Source: Anaerolineae bacterium
GTDB lineage: Bacteria; Chloroflexota; Anaerolineae; Aggregatilineales; Phototrophicaceae
DNA: 64,000 bases
Assembly: GCA_034437835.1 (NCBI GenBank)
Contig: DAOTTP010000335.1
Coordinates: 23,663-87,662, forward strand
Direction: 5' to 3'
The notes under the pieces were generated by a model. It was given only the letters and a program-made list of their open reading frames with translations, did no database searches and had not been told where the DNA came from. This document shows positions 16,871-26,681 of the stretch, in pieces. Position 1 is the stretch's first letter. Every line of letters begins with the position of its first letter. The translations under genes were made by a program, and so were the position numbers.

Positions 16871-19108
16871 TTAGCCTCGTGTCATATAGATGGTGATTTC
16901 AAGCGGATTTTCAGTTTTCGAGTCTACTTCTATGCCGTCGGCATTGATAGGGAGATAACCATCAACCGAAATGATGATGCTGTATGGGACGGTAAAGCGT
17001 AAAGGACGGCTGAATTGGAATCGCCCGTCACGGTCACTCACTGTCGTGATGTAAAGCTGGTCGGCATTCGCCTCAAAATCCGTCACGGAGAATTCTTCAC
17101 TGAGGATGAAAATGGTCGCGCCGGAAATGCCGAGGCCGGTTTCACCGTCGATGAGCCTCCCGCCAAGCTGCACGCCCTCTGGGAGCGCGAATGGGTCAAT
17201 TGGAAGCCGACCTATCCCGATTTCGATGGTGATACTGCGGAGTAGGATATTGTTCATGAGCAACTCAAGCCGATAGTTCCCATCTGGCAACTGAGTTGGC
17301 GCGTCTAGGCGGACGGCGTAACCCGTCCCCGATTCTGAGAGCGACCACGCGGCTACTTGGTCGAAGAAAATATCATCGTCGATGCTGACACGAAGTTGCC
17401 AGAGCGTACCGGGCGCAATTGATTCCCAATCGAATAGGGCATAAATGCTTTTAGGTGGCGTAGTCACACCGTTAAGGGAGGGTTTTGTGAGCGCTTCATC
17501 CAGCGTATTTGCGACCACGAAACGCTCCCCGCTGAAAATCCGGGGACGCGCATCGGCGCGACTGCCTGCGACGGTGAAATCAGCTAAAGCGGACAAACGC
17601 TCTCCGATATACAGGCTAAGGCGGTAGCGTCCGGGCAAAAGGCCAGTTGGGACGGTAAAAGAGGTCGTTTGAGGGCCATTCACCCCAGACGCCCAGATTC
17701 CGCCGACGCGGGGCGAAAGCTCTTGGCCGTTGAAATACCAGATTCCAGCCCACTCAAGGCCGTCAACCATGTTGTCGTAGATGAATTGTGCGCTGACGGT
17801 TGTTCCAACGCCGAGGATATATCCATTTCCAAACATTTGCCCATCTTCAACCAGCACAAATTGGATGCTGCGAAAGGTGGGGGTGAGTTCCGGCGCACTG
17901 CCAACCCTGAGCGGCGGCGCTTCACCGGCCAATGTGCCATTAACCAACATGCGTATCAGATACTCCCCATTGGGCAGGGTCTGACCGGTCAGGCCGATAT
18001 ACCACAAGCCGCGTTCACCGCCGCTCCAACGCGCTGGGGGTAGACTAAAAACTGCACTGCTATTGCCGTCAATAGTGACACGCAGTTCATAGACCGTTTC
18101 CGGCGTCATGAATTCGTAATCGAAGAACAGATATAGGCTATTTGCACCGGCTGGCAGACTGCTGATAATCGTGGTGGGCATATCATTATTGGCGGACGGG
18201 GCGAAAATTAGCCCAGAAACTCTGGGTTCTAACCCAGAACCAAACCCACTTAAAGCACCTGATGGTTGCGTGACCTTCAAATCGAGCGAGGCACTACGGA
18301 TAAGCGGAAGCGCGAAATCGGACGGGCGTAAGGCGTTAATTGCGCCGCCGAGCGGCACACACAAATCCGTCGCGTTAATCAGGTCATCGTCGTTGGTATC
18401 TTGAAAGCGGGCGCATCCAGACGTATCGGTTTGATTTGCCAACGGCGCGGTGGTCGGGACACCGATGAGTTGTCCCTGACGGTTATACGCGCCGCCGCCG
18501 CTAAATGTGCCGGGGATTTCGCTCAAAACATCCGAGGCCGCCCGGAATTTGACCCATGCTTTTTCACCGCCGCGTGGTTCAGCGGTAAATCCTTGCACTG
18601 TCGCTAAGGTATAGGCCACTGGGTCATCTGATAGACCCGGGTAGCCGACAACGGTAATCGTATCATCCAACGAGACGGTGTTAATCTCGGCTAAATCGAC
18701 GAATGGCAAGCTGAGATTTTCTGGGTTGATGGCGCGGCCATTGATTTCCGCGCTAACGCGCAGCAAAGATAGGTCGAGGCCGAGGTCAGCTTGAACGACT
18801 ACCGCTTGATATGACAAAACAGGCGGCTCATCTGGGCGTACCGCGAGCGCAATCATGAGCGTGTCGCCGGGACAATCTTTATTGGGGGTCGTGCTGTGAG
18901 CATTGGTGAGGATAAGCCCGTCACGACTCACAAATGTGCCGGAACTGACGCAACTGATATACGAAACGTCGTTTACGATATGGGTTTGCATCACCAAAAC
19001 CGTAGCGCGTTGAATGCGGTTGAGGTCAAGCGAGGCGGCCAATTGCGCTTGAGACGGCCACGCGACCACGAACAACACTAAGGCGATATATAGGAAAAAC
19101 CGCTGCAT
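16871..19108 (-). CDS. Secreted trypsin-like (S1) serine protease with repeated beta-sandwich modules
   Basis: Signal peptide; triad-like LILTNAH, DLSLL, GTFSGG; three related YxxFD/IY...G.Y.L modules. Confidence 0.75.
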   Translation of the reverse strand: MQRFFLYIALVLFVVAWPSQAQLAASLDLNRIQRATVLVMQTHIVNDVSYISCVSSGTFVSRDGLILTNAHSTTPNKDCPGDTLMIALAVRPDEPPVLSYQAVVVQADLGLDLSLLRVSAEINGRAINPENLSLPFVDLAEINTVSLDDTITVVGYPGLSDDPVAYTLATVQGFTAEPRGGEKAWVKFRAASDVLSEIPGTFSGGGAYNRQGQLIGVPTTAPLANQTDTSGCARFQDTNDDDLINATDLCVPLGGAINALRPSDFALPLIRSASLDLKVTQPSGALSGFGSGLEPRVSGLIFAPSANNDMPTTIISSLPAGANSLYLFFDYEFMTPETVYELRVTIDGNSSAVFSLPPARWSGGERGLWYIGLTGQTLPNGEYLIRMLVNGTLAGEAPPLRVGSAPELTPTFRSIQFVLVEDGQMFGNGYILGVGTTVSAQFIYDNMVDGLEWAGIWYFNGQELSPRVGGIWASGVNGPQTTSFTVPTGLLPGRYRLSLYIGERLSALADFTVAGSRADARPRIFSGERFVVANTLDEALTKPSLNGVTTPPKSIYALFDWESIAPGTLWQLRVSIDDDIFFDQVAAWSLSESGTGYAVRLDAPTQLPDGNYRLELLMNNILLRSITIEIGIGRLPIDPFALPEGVQLGGRLIDGETGLGISGATIFILSEEFSVTDFEANADQLYITTVSDRDGRFQFSRPLRFTVPYSIIISVDGYLPINADGIEVDSKTENPLEITIYMTRG

Positions 19109-19111
19109 AGG

Positions 19112-19708
19112 CTAGTAATCCAATGTTTCTAGGAAGCGTTGAAAGACCTCATAATCCTGCTGGTAGGTATTGGCATCAGCAGCAAAAGACACGAGGATGA
19201 TTTGATTCCGACGGACGATGACAACATCCTCACCAACAACTACCGATGGGACGAGTTGGAGGAATGGGTCGTCAAGGTCTGCAACATAGGTATATTCGAC
19301 CACCGTAGTGATGTCATCGGTCTGTAATGGGCGTTCTGAGATGGACAAGATTTTATAAAACGGGAGCGAGATTCGCCGGTCTAATGCCAGCGTATCAATC
19401 ACGTTGCGTGGACTCATCCCATTGGCAAAAGGGAGGACTTGGATGCGGATGGTGGTCTTATACCCTAGCCGTTGCGTATCTTGAACCTCCATCACCACAC
19501 CATCTGGTGTGCTGAACAACCAATTGGTCGGGTAATATGCCGTGACACCGACCTCACGGTTGGTAAAAACGGTCACACCATATAGTGAAGTATCCCGTAG
19601 GTTCATGCCAATAAATAGCGCCAAGCCGCAATAGAGTAGGGTGAAGTAATGCGAAAAACGCTGGCTACGGGTGGTTTCGGTACGCCCAAAGTCTATCTGC
19701 ATCGACAT
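19112..19708 (-). CDS. Membrane-anchored hypothetical protein, PsbP/Mog1-like fold possible
   Basis: N-terminal TM; YPTNW motif; C-terminal F..FLETL typical of PsbP-like domains. Confidence 0.55.
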   Translation of the reverse strand: MSMQIDFGRTETTRSQRFSHYFTLLYCGLALFIGMNLRDTSLYGVTVFTNREVGVTAYYPTNWLFSTPDGVVMEVQDTQRLGYKTTIRIQVLPFANGMSPRNVIDTLALDRRISLPFYKILSISERPLQTDDITTVVEYTYVADLDDPFLQLVPSVVVGEDVVIVRRNQIILVSFAADANTYQQDYEVFQRFLETLDY

Positions 19709-20613
19709 TAACCCTCCAACAAGTCACGTTCGCGGGCTTGACGTTCTGCATAACTGAACAGCACATAAATCAAAGTCAATCCGGCTGCCAGTAGCGCGGC
19801 AGTGAACCCAATCCCGAGGATATGACGCTGGACAGATGCGCCACCCAAAGAGAAGGTCGCGTTCAAAAAACCGACGTACAGAGGTAGACCTAGCCCTGTT
19901 ATGAATGAGCCGAGGGCAACCGTGAAGGGCATAAACAATGATGGGGAAGCGTCGAATCGGAGGGAAGACAGCCCATAAGCGACAACGCAATTCGAGACCA
20001 ACAAGAGCGTGATGGTGATAAAGGTGTTGGCGGCCACGACATATGGGTTTGGATCGCCTTTTAGGGCAAATTCCAACGACGGCAACAGCCCATAGCCCAA
20101 CGCGGCGGCGGCGGCATAAGCGAGGGTATCATAGCGGTCACGCAAATGCTCATCCCATGTGAAGGTGCGGACGATGATATAGCCGAGGCCGACTTGTACG
20201 ATGCCGACGGTGAAGGTATAGCCCACAATCCGTTTGAGCGCCGAATCTAACGGCAACCATTCCTGCACTCGTAAAAACTCCGTCACCAACGGTTGCCCAA
20301 TCGCACGCGCTACCAATACCGAAAACAAGAACACCGGCAGCAGTTGACGGCGCGGCTGCGGCACAAAACGCTCTGCAAACAGAGAAAATACAATCCATAG
20401 GACAATCGGCAATACCGCGACCAAGATATTGATAGGGAGGCGTAGCGCTGTCGGTAAGGGGAGGGAGAAAATGCCGAATACGACGAAACAAAGCGCCGTA
20501 AACCCGCCATATAGCCCGTTCTCAATGATGAGGCTGCGCCAAACCGACCTATAGGGGCGAATTTCTTCCTCTTCACGCGGAGGTGTCAAAAGTCGGGCGC
20601 GATAATCTGTCAT
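19708..20613 (-). CDS. PrsW-like polytopic membrane protein with degenerate catalytic motif
   Basis: P..LW..F...ER..PQPR..L, D.LAY.AA.ALGY; EExxK position reads QVGLG. Confidence 0.65.
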   Translation of the reverse strand: MTDYRARLLTPPREEEEIRPYRSVWRSLIIENGLYGGFTALCFVVFGIFSLPLPTALRLPINILVAVLPIVLWIVFSLFAERFVPQPRRQLLPVFLFSVLVARAIGQPLVTEFLRVQEWLPLDSALKRIVGYTFTVGIVQVGLGYIIVRTFTWDEHLRDRYDTLAYAAAAALGYGLLPSLEFALKGDPNPYVVAANTFITITLLLVSNCVVAYGLSSLRFDASPSLFMPFTVALGSFITGLGLPLYVGFLNATFSLGGASVQRHILGIGFTAALLAAGLTLIYVLFSYAERQARERDLLEG

Positions 20614-20712
20614 AATAGGCCGATTCCAAGCGCGGGTGGCTTATGCTAAAATTCGGTGCGAGTCCCGTGCCAGTATACGCGGGTGTCCACCGAGGTTCAA
20701 CAGAGACCCCAC

Positions 20713-22320
20713 ATGCCAACACTACGCAACTTCAACGATGTATCGCGTCTCTTACTGTTGCTCGTTATCGCGCTCCTCGTAGGATGCACCGGCAACACCA
20801 GCCAACAGGCGGAAATCAATCGACTGGTTTATGGGCTAACCCTCTCTCCAAGCGGATTTGACCCTCACATCAATCAATCGTCAGAGATGGGGATTGTGCT
20901 ACGTCAGGTTTATGACACGTTGATCTACCGCAATCCAGAAACCGGGCAATTCGTGTCTGGGTTGGCGGAGTCATGGTCGATTTCAGAAGACCAGACCGTG
21001 TATACGTTTGTTTTGCGTCAAGGTGTGAAGTTCCATGATGGCACGGCTTTCGACGCGCAAGCCGTGGCCGCCAACCTCAATCGTATCATTGCGCCGGAAA
21101 CACGCTCACAGAATGCGGCGGCATTGCTGGGGACTTATACCGGATATACGGTCATTGATGACTTCACCATTGAGATTCGGTTATCCGAGCCGTATGCGCC
21201 ATTGTTGGATTCGTTGAGCCAGTTCTATCTGGGGATGGCAAGCCCAACCGCGCTGGAAACGTATGGATTAGAGCGCTACCAATTCAATCAAATAGGGACA
21301 GGGCCATACCGTTTCATAGAATATGTGCCGGATGATCGTCTGGTGCTTCGGCGTAACCCGGATTACGCATGGGGGCCGTCCTTCTATCAAGCGCCTGCGG
21401 TTGGGCGGATTGAAGAAATTGAGTTCCGTTTCTTCCGCGACCCCGCTACTCGTCTAGCCTCGCTAGAACAAGGGGTTGTACAGGTGATGGGTGAAATCCC
21501 GCCAGCCGATGCCCGGACGCTGGTCGGCAACACCGCCTTCCAAATCATCACGGCGGTAGTGCCGGGTCAACCTGACCAAATTTTGCTGAACACCCAGCTT
21601 GCCCCGACTAATAACCAGAGCTTCCGGCAGGCGCTCATGTTGGGGACGAATCGAACAGCAATGGTCGATGCGTTGTATCAGGGATTCTCGACACCGGCAA
21701 CCGGTTCATTAGCCAACGGTACGCAGTTTTACTCAAATGCCAGCGCAGACCGTTATCCATTTGACGGCGTACAGGCGCGGGCGCTACTCTCAACGCTGGG
21801 GTATGCTGATTCAAATGCCGACGGGATATGGGATACACCGGAAGGCGACTTGACCCTGAAAATGCTCGTCCCACCGTGGGGTGAATATCGGCAAATCTCG
21901 CAATTCATCCAAGATCAGTGGCACAGTATCGGCATCAACCTCGAACTCATCAGCGTTCCAGATTTTTCGACGTTGTTGAGCGAGATTGAGAAGGGCGAGT
22001 ATAACCTCGTTGCGTTTAACTCGTATGGGGTAGACCCTGCTTTCCTGAAAACCTATTACACGTCGGACGGCATCCGTAATTTTTCCGGCTATAGCAGCCC
22101 TGAATTGGACGCAATACTCAATGACGCCGCACGCCAACTTGACCCGACCATTCGCGCCACGCTGTATACACAGGTGCAAGCGGTCATTATGGAACAAGCT
22201 ATCGTAATGCCCTTGCGTGATCGCGTGAATCTCAACGGGGTATCCGCTAAAGTCAGTGGGCTGAAATATGACATATACGGCTGGTTCCCCATCCTATATA
22301 ACGCCAGCTATACGCCATGA
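20713..22320 (+). CDS. Peptide/nickel ABC transporter substrate-binding lipoprotein (family 5)
   Basis: Lipobox LLVGC; LAESW.IS, LRQGVKFHDGT, IGTGPY. Confidence 0.92.
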   Translation: MPTLRNFNDVSRLLLLLVIALLVGCTGNTSQQAEINRLVYGLTLSPSGFDPHINQSSEMGIVLRQVYDTLIYRNPETGQFVSGLAESWSISEDQTVYTFVLRQGVKFHDGTAFDAQAVAANLNRIIAPETRSQNAAALLGTYTGYTVIDDFTIEIRLSEPYAPLLDSLSQFYLGMASPTALETYGLERYQFNQIGTGPYRFIEYVPDDRLVLRRNPDYAWGPSFYQAPAVGRIEEIEFRFFRDPATRLASLEQGVVQVMGEIPPADARTLVGNTAFQIITAVVPGQPDQILLNTQLAPTNNQSFRQALMLGTNRTAMVDALYQGFSTPATGSLANGTQFYSNASADRYPFDGVQARALLSTLGYADSNADGIWDTPEGDLTLKMLVPPWGEYRQISQFIQDQWHSIGINLELISVPDFSTLLSEIEKGEYNLVAFNSYGVDPAFLKTYYTSDGIRNFSGYSSPELDAILNDAARQLDPTIRATLYTQVQAVIMEQAIVMPLRDRVNLNGVSAKVSGLKYDIYGWFPILYNASYTP

Positions 22321-23204
22321 CCGGGGTCGCCGTCGCCTGTCTCCGAGGTCTGATTGGCGTGTGGTTGGCGGTTACGGCTGCGTTTTTCCTGCTGCGCGTC
22401 TTGCCGGGGGACGCACTACAGGCACAGGCGACGACGGCAGGTATGGCTCCATCTATGATTGAGGAACGGCGACAGAGTCTCGGCCTTGACCGGTCACTGC
22501 TGGAACAATATGCAGTATATCTGAGCGGCATGATACGCGGAGATTTCGGGGCGTCAATCGTATCTGGAGAGCGCGTCGGCGACATATTGGCCTCACGCGG
22601 GGCGGGAACATTACGGCTTGCCCTCGGCGCATTGGCGATTGCGATTGCGATGGGGCTTGGCTTAGGGACGGCGGGCGGCCTATCACAGCACTCATTTGTC
22701 GGGCGATTATGGCGCTGGGTGATTGACTTGCTCATCGCCACCCCGATTTATATAAGCGGTACGCTGCTGGTCATGTCTGGCCTCTTGATCGGCAGTTTAG
22801 GGGCGGCGGTTGTGCTTGGGTTACACAGCGCCGCCCCAGTCGCCAATACGCTCAGCATCGCGCTACTCTCTGAGAGTCAACAGGGGTATGTTTGGGCGGC
22901 GTATGGTAAAGGTCTACCAGAATGGCTCATCATCTGGCGGCATCGCGTCCGCGTCGTACTCTATAGCATCATCCCGACGATTTCGATACAGGCCGGATTT
23001 TTATTGGGCGGGACGGTCATCACCGAGACGATTTTCTCACAAGCGGGATTGGGGCAATCGCTGTTGGATGGGGTGATGCGGCGAGATTATCCCGTCGTAC
23101 AAGGGTGGGTGCTTCTGATGTCTGTTTGCCAAGCGCTGATTTATGGCCTGACTCAAATTGCCGGACGCTGGATTGACCCGCGTCAGCGGGAATCTGCGAC
23201 CTGA
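22317..23204 (+). CDS. Peptide ABC transporter permease (DppB/OppB-like)
   Basis: LPGD, LGLD.SL..QY, GDFG.S, EAA-like YVWAAYGKGL, ITETIFS..GLG, RDYPVVQG. Confidence 0.9.
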   Translation: MTGVAVACLRGLIGVWLAVTAAFFLLRVLPGDALQAQATTAGMAPSMIEERRQSLGLDRSLLEQYAVYLSGMIRGDFGASIVSGERVGDILASRGAGTLRLALGALAIAIAMGLGLGTAGGLSQHSFVGRLWRWVIDLLIATPIYISGTLLVMSGLLIGSLGAAVVLGLHSAAPVANTLSIALLSESQQGYVWAAYGKGLPEWLIIWRHRVRVVLYSIIPTISIQAGFLLGGTVITETIFSQAGLGQSLLDGVMRRDYPVVQGWVLLMSVCQALIYGLTQIAGRWIDPRQRESAT

Positions 23205-23980
23205 TGGCACGTAGTATTTGTGTCGGGATGCTACTGCTCATCTTGTTCGGGGGACAGATTGCGCCCTATGACCCCTATGTGACGCGGCCAGTTCAGGCAT
23301 CTGCGCCGCCGTCAGCAGCGTTTGCATTGGGGACGGATACGCTAGGCCGGGATGTCCTCAGCCGTGTGCTGCATGGCGCAAGGACGACGGCGCTGTTGGC
23401 GTTTGGCGCGGCGGCGATTGGCGTAGGTTTGGGGTTTGCGGTGGGGATTTTACGGGTATTTGGCGCGGGGATACTCCGTCACGCCGCGCTGTTGATAGAA
23501 CTCATCTTGTTGTCGTTGCCGGGATGGTTGATGGCGTTGGTATTTGTGGCGGGCATGGGCGCGAGTTGGCGTGCGGTGATTATCGGGGTCGGCATGACGC
23601 AAATCGCGCCGTTTTCACGTATCACGGCCATGACATTTGCTCAGATACAGACCCGATTATTTGTCACCTCAGCGGAGGCGTGCGGCGCATCCCCTCGATA
23701 TATCGCCCTGCGCGTGATTTTGCCCAACGCCAGCCCTATCCTGATTGGCGCTGCCTGCGTCAGCTTGTCCAGCGGGTTACTTTTCGCCTCTGGCATGACT
23801 TTTTTGGGCTTAGGCGGCGCGGCAAGTACGCCAGAATGGGGGGCGATGTTGGCCGAGGGGCGTTTAGCCATTCGCTATGCACCGTGGATTGCATTGGCAG
23901 CCGGTATCCCATTGGTGATGTTTATCGCCAGCCTGAATGCGATTGGCCGACGCTTTAGCTTGCGCGGATGGTCGTCTTGA
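23204..23980 (+). CDS. Peptide ABC transporter permease (DppC/OppC-like)
   Basis: LGTD.LGRDVLSR..HGAR, FVTSAEACGA, ILPN, PEWG.ML.EGR. Confidence 0.9.
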   Translation: MARSICVGMLLLILFGGQIAPYDPYVTRPVQASAPPSAAFALGTDTLGRDVLSRVLHGARTTALLAFGAAAIGVGLGFAVGILRVFGAGILRHAALLIELILLSLPGWLMALVFVAGMGASWRAVIIGVGMTQIAPFSRITAMTFAQIQTRLFVTSAEACGASPRYIALRVILPNASPILIGAACVSLSSGLLFASGMTFLGLGGAASTPEWGAMLAEGRLAIRYAPWIALAAGIPLVMFIASLNAIGRRFSLRGWSS

Positions 23981-24740
23981 GGGTCGGTTTACCCATCAGC
24001 GTATCTTGTAAGACGCCCTCAGTCAGCCCATCTAAGATGTGAATGGTCATATTCGGGCGCGACTGCACCAACGCCAGCATGTCAGACACTTTGGTCAACA
24101 TGCCGCCAGTGACATCCGTCCCACGCGAACCTGTGATAGCGCTTTGTGCTTGATTGATGGTATTAGGCGTAATCAATGGGATGACCGTGCCGGAGTCATC
24201 AAGCACGCCGGGGACTTCACCAACGAGGAAGATTTCGCTAACGTCTAGTGACTCCGCCAGATAGGTGAATAGCGACTCGGTTGAGATGATTGTGCCGCCG
24301 CGCACGGTATCGAACCCGACATCGCCGTATACCAATGGGATGAGGTCGTTTTCTAGCGCTTTCCGCAGATTGTCTAGGGGCATGTGATGAGGAATACCGT
24401 CTTTAGAGGTCAACGCGGCGGACGACTGGAAATGAAAGATTGGCACACCGGCACGCCATAATTGCCCAGCCACCAGCATATTTAATTCTGCCGCGACCAG
24501 TCCGACCTCAGCGAAACCACGCCACTGCTCGGCGGTTTGGACGCCGTTTATCGTATCGTGACGCTTGGCGGCGAAATGCCCAAAAGAGCCGCTGCCGTGA
24601 CCGATAATCAGCGACTCTGTCAGAGAGGGTAGGGCGGTGGCGATTTCACGGGCAATCCGAGACATGACATCAGCGCGGAAACTCTGCTCGACCCGTTTAT
24701 CGGTGATGAGTGAGCCGCCGAGTTTTATCATCTTCAACAT
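23955..24740 (-). CDS. ipk: Isopentenyl phosphate kinase
   Basis: IKLGGSLITDK, HGSGSFGH, PLVYGDV, DVTGGM..K; directly downstream of mevalonate kinase. Confidence 0.9.
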   Translation of the reverse strand: MLKMIKLGGSLITDKRVEQSFRADVMSRIAREIATALPSLTESLIIGHGSGSFGHFAAKRHDTINGVQTAEQWRGFAEVGLVAAELNMLVAGQLWRAGVPIFHFQSSAALTSKDGIPHHMPLDNLRKALENDLIPLVYGDVGFDTVRGGTIISTESLFTYLAESLDVSEIFLVGEVPGVLDDSGTVIPLITPNTINQAQSAITGSRGTDVTGGMLTKVSDMLALVQSRPNMTIHILDGLTEGVLQDTLMGKPTLKTTIRAS

Positions 24741-24761
24741 AGCATTTCCCTCTATGAATGA

Positions 24762-25709
24762 TTACAAATCGCTGCCTACCGTGGTGGCAATCACACGGAC
24801 GGCTCCAGCTTTGGACAATGCCTTAGCAACTGTTTGTTCGGTTTCGGGCGTGACCAACGCAATCATATTGCCACCACGCCCACCCCCGGAAAGTTTTGCG
24901 CCGAGTGCGCCCGCGCCTAATCCGGCGGCCACCAGATGGTCAAGCTCTGGTGAAGAAACGGTCAGGATTTGGAGCAGGCGATGATTCTCCACCATCAATT
25001 GACCCAACAGCCCACTATCGCCTTGCATGAGGGCGTGGCGGGCGGAGTCTACGACTTGACCAATCGCATCTAAGACGGGTTGTATCTGAGGCTGATTCGC
25101 CTCAAATAATTTCCGCACATCGCCCACCGATTCACGGGTGAGCGCGGTGCGCCCAGTGTCGGCAATCAGGAAACGAACTGGACGGCCAACCTCAAAGGTC
25201 TGAGGGGCTTGTCCCCGGATGAAATAAACCGGCTTCTCGTAGACAATGACCGTGTTATCAATCCCGCTGGGCGTGCCGTGGTGAATTCGCTCAATGTCAT
25301 AGACCAGCCCATTTAACGCTTCGGGTGTGATGTCATGATCCAGCGCTAGTGCGACGGCACGTCCCAATGCTGCCGAAACCGCCGCACCACTGCCCAGTCC
25401 ACTGGCAACCGGGATGCTAGAGGCAATACGGAAAAGCATCTTGGGCGGCTGTGCGCCAAAATGTTGCGCGGTAGCTGTAATCATCCGTAAAAGCGGCTCG
25501 GTAATCTCATCCGCGCCCATCCCATCTGGCAGGTTCTGCTGGAGGTCGGCAGCTTGTATGATGGTGGCATCAGCGGGGGTCGCCGTCACGGTCACAAATA
25601 GACTTAAGACAGGGACGGCCAACGCCGGTTTGCCATAGACGACGGCATGTTCACCAAACAGGATAATTTTGGCCGGTGCAGTGGCCTTAAACTCAATGGG
25701 GGATGACAT
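24762..25709 (-). CDS. mvk: Mevalonate kinase
   Basis: PAKIILFGEHAVVYG, GHMP motif PVASGLGSGAA, HGTPSGIDN, KLSGGGRGG. Confidence 0.95.
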   Translation of the reverse strand: MSSPIEFKATAPAKIILFGEHAVVYGKPALAVPVLSLFVTVTATPADATIIQAADLQQNLPDGMGADEITEPLLRMITATAQHFGAQPPKMLFRIASSIPVASGLGSGAAVSAALGRAVALALDHDITPEALNGLVYDIERIHHGTPSGIDNTVIVYEKPVYFIRGQAPQTFEVGRPVRFLIADTGRTALTRESVGDVRKLFEANQPQIQPVLDAIGQVVDSARHALMQGDSGLLGQLMVENHRLLQILTVSSPELDHLVAAGLGAGALGAKLSGGGRGGNMIALVTPETEQTVAKALSKAGAVRVIATTVGSDL

Positions 25710-26583
25710 ATAGAATCACGACGAATGAGATCGCGAACAGCGCAATGTCGATTTGCAACGGGCGGTCTTTCAAGAAAACCTCGTCTGGCGCGGCCATTTC
25801 ACCTTTGACGTAAATCAGATAGAGGTAACGGAACAGGCCATACAACACGAACGGGACGGTTGCCAACGCCATTTTGGTCTGCGCCAAGAGCGGTGAGGGC
25901 GCTTCGATGGCATACATGGTGTAGGTGATGAACGTGCCAGTCGTGACGACGCGCAGCATCTCATCCAAGAATTGGATGTTGTAATACTGGAAGATTTTGC
26001 GGACTTTTGCCGCATCTTCGCCCAGTAGTAACAGTTCTTGGCGACGCTTGCCCACCGCTAGGAACAATGCCAACAAACCGCCACAAACATACAACCACGG
26101 CGAGAAATTGGCGACTTGGATGACGACTACACCGGCTGCTATCCGCAAGACAAACCCAAATGTCACCGTCAAAATGTCTACGATGACGATGTGCTTGAGG
26201 TAAAACGAGTACAAAATTTGAGAAATGAAATAGACCGCCAGAATGACGGCCAATTTCCAATTGAAAGCCAGTGATAACGCTAAAACTGCCAGCGGGATGA
26301 TAACGACGGCTACTCGCGCCAGCATGACCGGAAGTTGCCCAGACGGCAATGGGCGCAGGCGCTTACGTGGGTGCTGTTTGTCGCTTTCGATGTCAACAAG
26401 GTCATTGAGGATATAGACCGACCCGGCAGTCAAGCACAGTAGCGCACACGCATAGGCGACGGCCAAAAACGAGGGCATATCGAAAAGTTTTCCGTCGAAG
26501 ATGAGCGCTGGGAAGATGAACAGCACATTCTTCGTCCATTGTTTGGGGCGCATCGTGCGTATCAACCCGGTAAATGCACGCAA
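25693..26583 (-). CDS. UbiA-family membrane transferase, decaprenyl-phosphate phosphoribosyltransferase-like
   Basis: RPKQWTKN, Y.LNDL.DIESD..HP.KR.RP, FVLR..AG, KRRQE, YGLFRY. Confidence 0.85.
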   Translation of the reverse strand: MRAFTGLIRTMRPKQWTKNVLFIFPALIFDGKLFDMPSFLAVAYACALLCLTAGSVYILNDLVDIESDKQHPRKRLRPLPSGQLPVMLARVAVVIIPLAVLALSLAFNWKLAVILAVYFISQILYSFYLKHIVIVDILTVTFGFVLRIAAGVVVIQVANFSPWLYVCGGLLALFLAVGKRRQELLLLGEDAAKVRKIFQYYNIQFLDEMLRVVTTGTFITYTMYAIEAPSPLLAQTKMALATVPFVLYGLFRYLYLIYVKGEMAAPDEVFLKDRPLQIDIALFAISFVVILYVIPH

Positions 26584-26681
26584 TATCCCCTCCGTAGGGT
26601 GAATAGTTTCCGCTAGGGATTATATCGTTAGGTTTTTCCGGTACAATCCTGATGTTTCGACACATCTGTAGGTTTAACACG

